From assembly GCA_951406725.2 (NCBI GenBank), contig OX597819.1, positions 7,626,001 to 7,690,000 of the forward strand: DNA of 64,000 bases, given 5' to 3'. The DNA is from Octopus vulgaris. Lineage: Eukaryota. A model generated the notes under the pieces. That model did not search any database. It saw only the letters and a program-made list of their open reading frames with translations, and was not told where the DNA came from. Positions 63,881 to 64,000 of this stretch are shown piece after piece. The position numbers were made by a program, and so were the translations under genes. Positions within the stretch are counted from its first letter, which is position 1. Each line of letters begins with the position of its first letter.

Positions 63881-64000
63881 ATATTCCAGGCAGAACCGAG
63901 ATTATTGTTGATATTAAGGTATAATTATGCAATCAAGAATATAAAGATATATTTAATAGTAGATCGTAGTGTTTGTAAGAGAAATGTCTTCAAGTAGTTG

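Overview
AT-rich, repeat-dense eukaryotic genomic DNA. The SINE, Helitron and microsatellite landscape suggests an octopus (coleoid cephalopod) genome; this is inference. The only host gene I can support is the last four coding exons and 3' UTR of a laminin beta chain gene (+ strand, 8654-13081). Most of the rest is mobile DNA: three abundant tRNA-derived SINE families, seven non-autonomous Helitrons, Tc1/mariner relics, MITEs, fragments of RTE, CR1 and L1/Tx1 LINEs, and a cluster of Penelope-like elements (PLEs, Naiad-like) at about 57.7-63.5 kb. Most notable: (i) five hammerhead-ribozyme-like motifs, the best at 60083-60181 in a PLE terminal repeat; (ii) a TSD-flanked 1.9-kb ORF1-only (HAL1-like) retroelement; (iii) a 1.67-kb near-perfect palindrome around a probable MITE; (iv) a 42-bp hairpin in a laminin intron; (v) a 33-bp perfect foldback at the truncated 5' end of the PLE. 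Most listed six-frame ORFs are artefacts of SINEs and microsatellites. Repeat boundaries were read by eye and are approximate.
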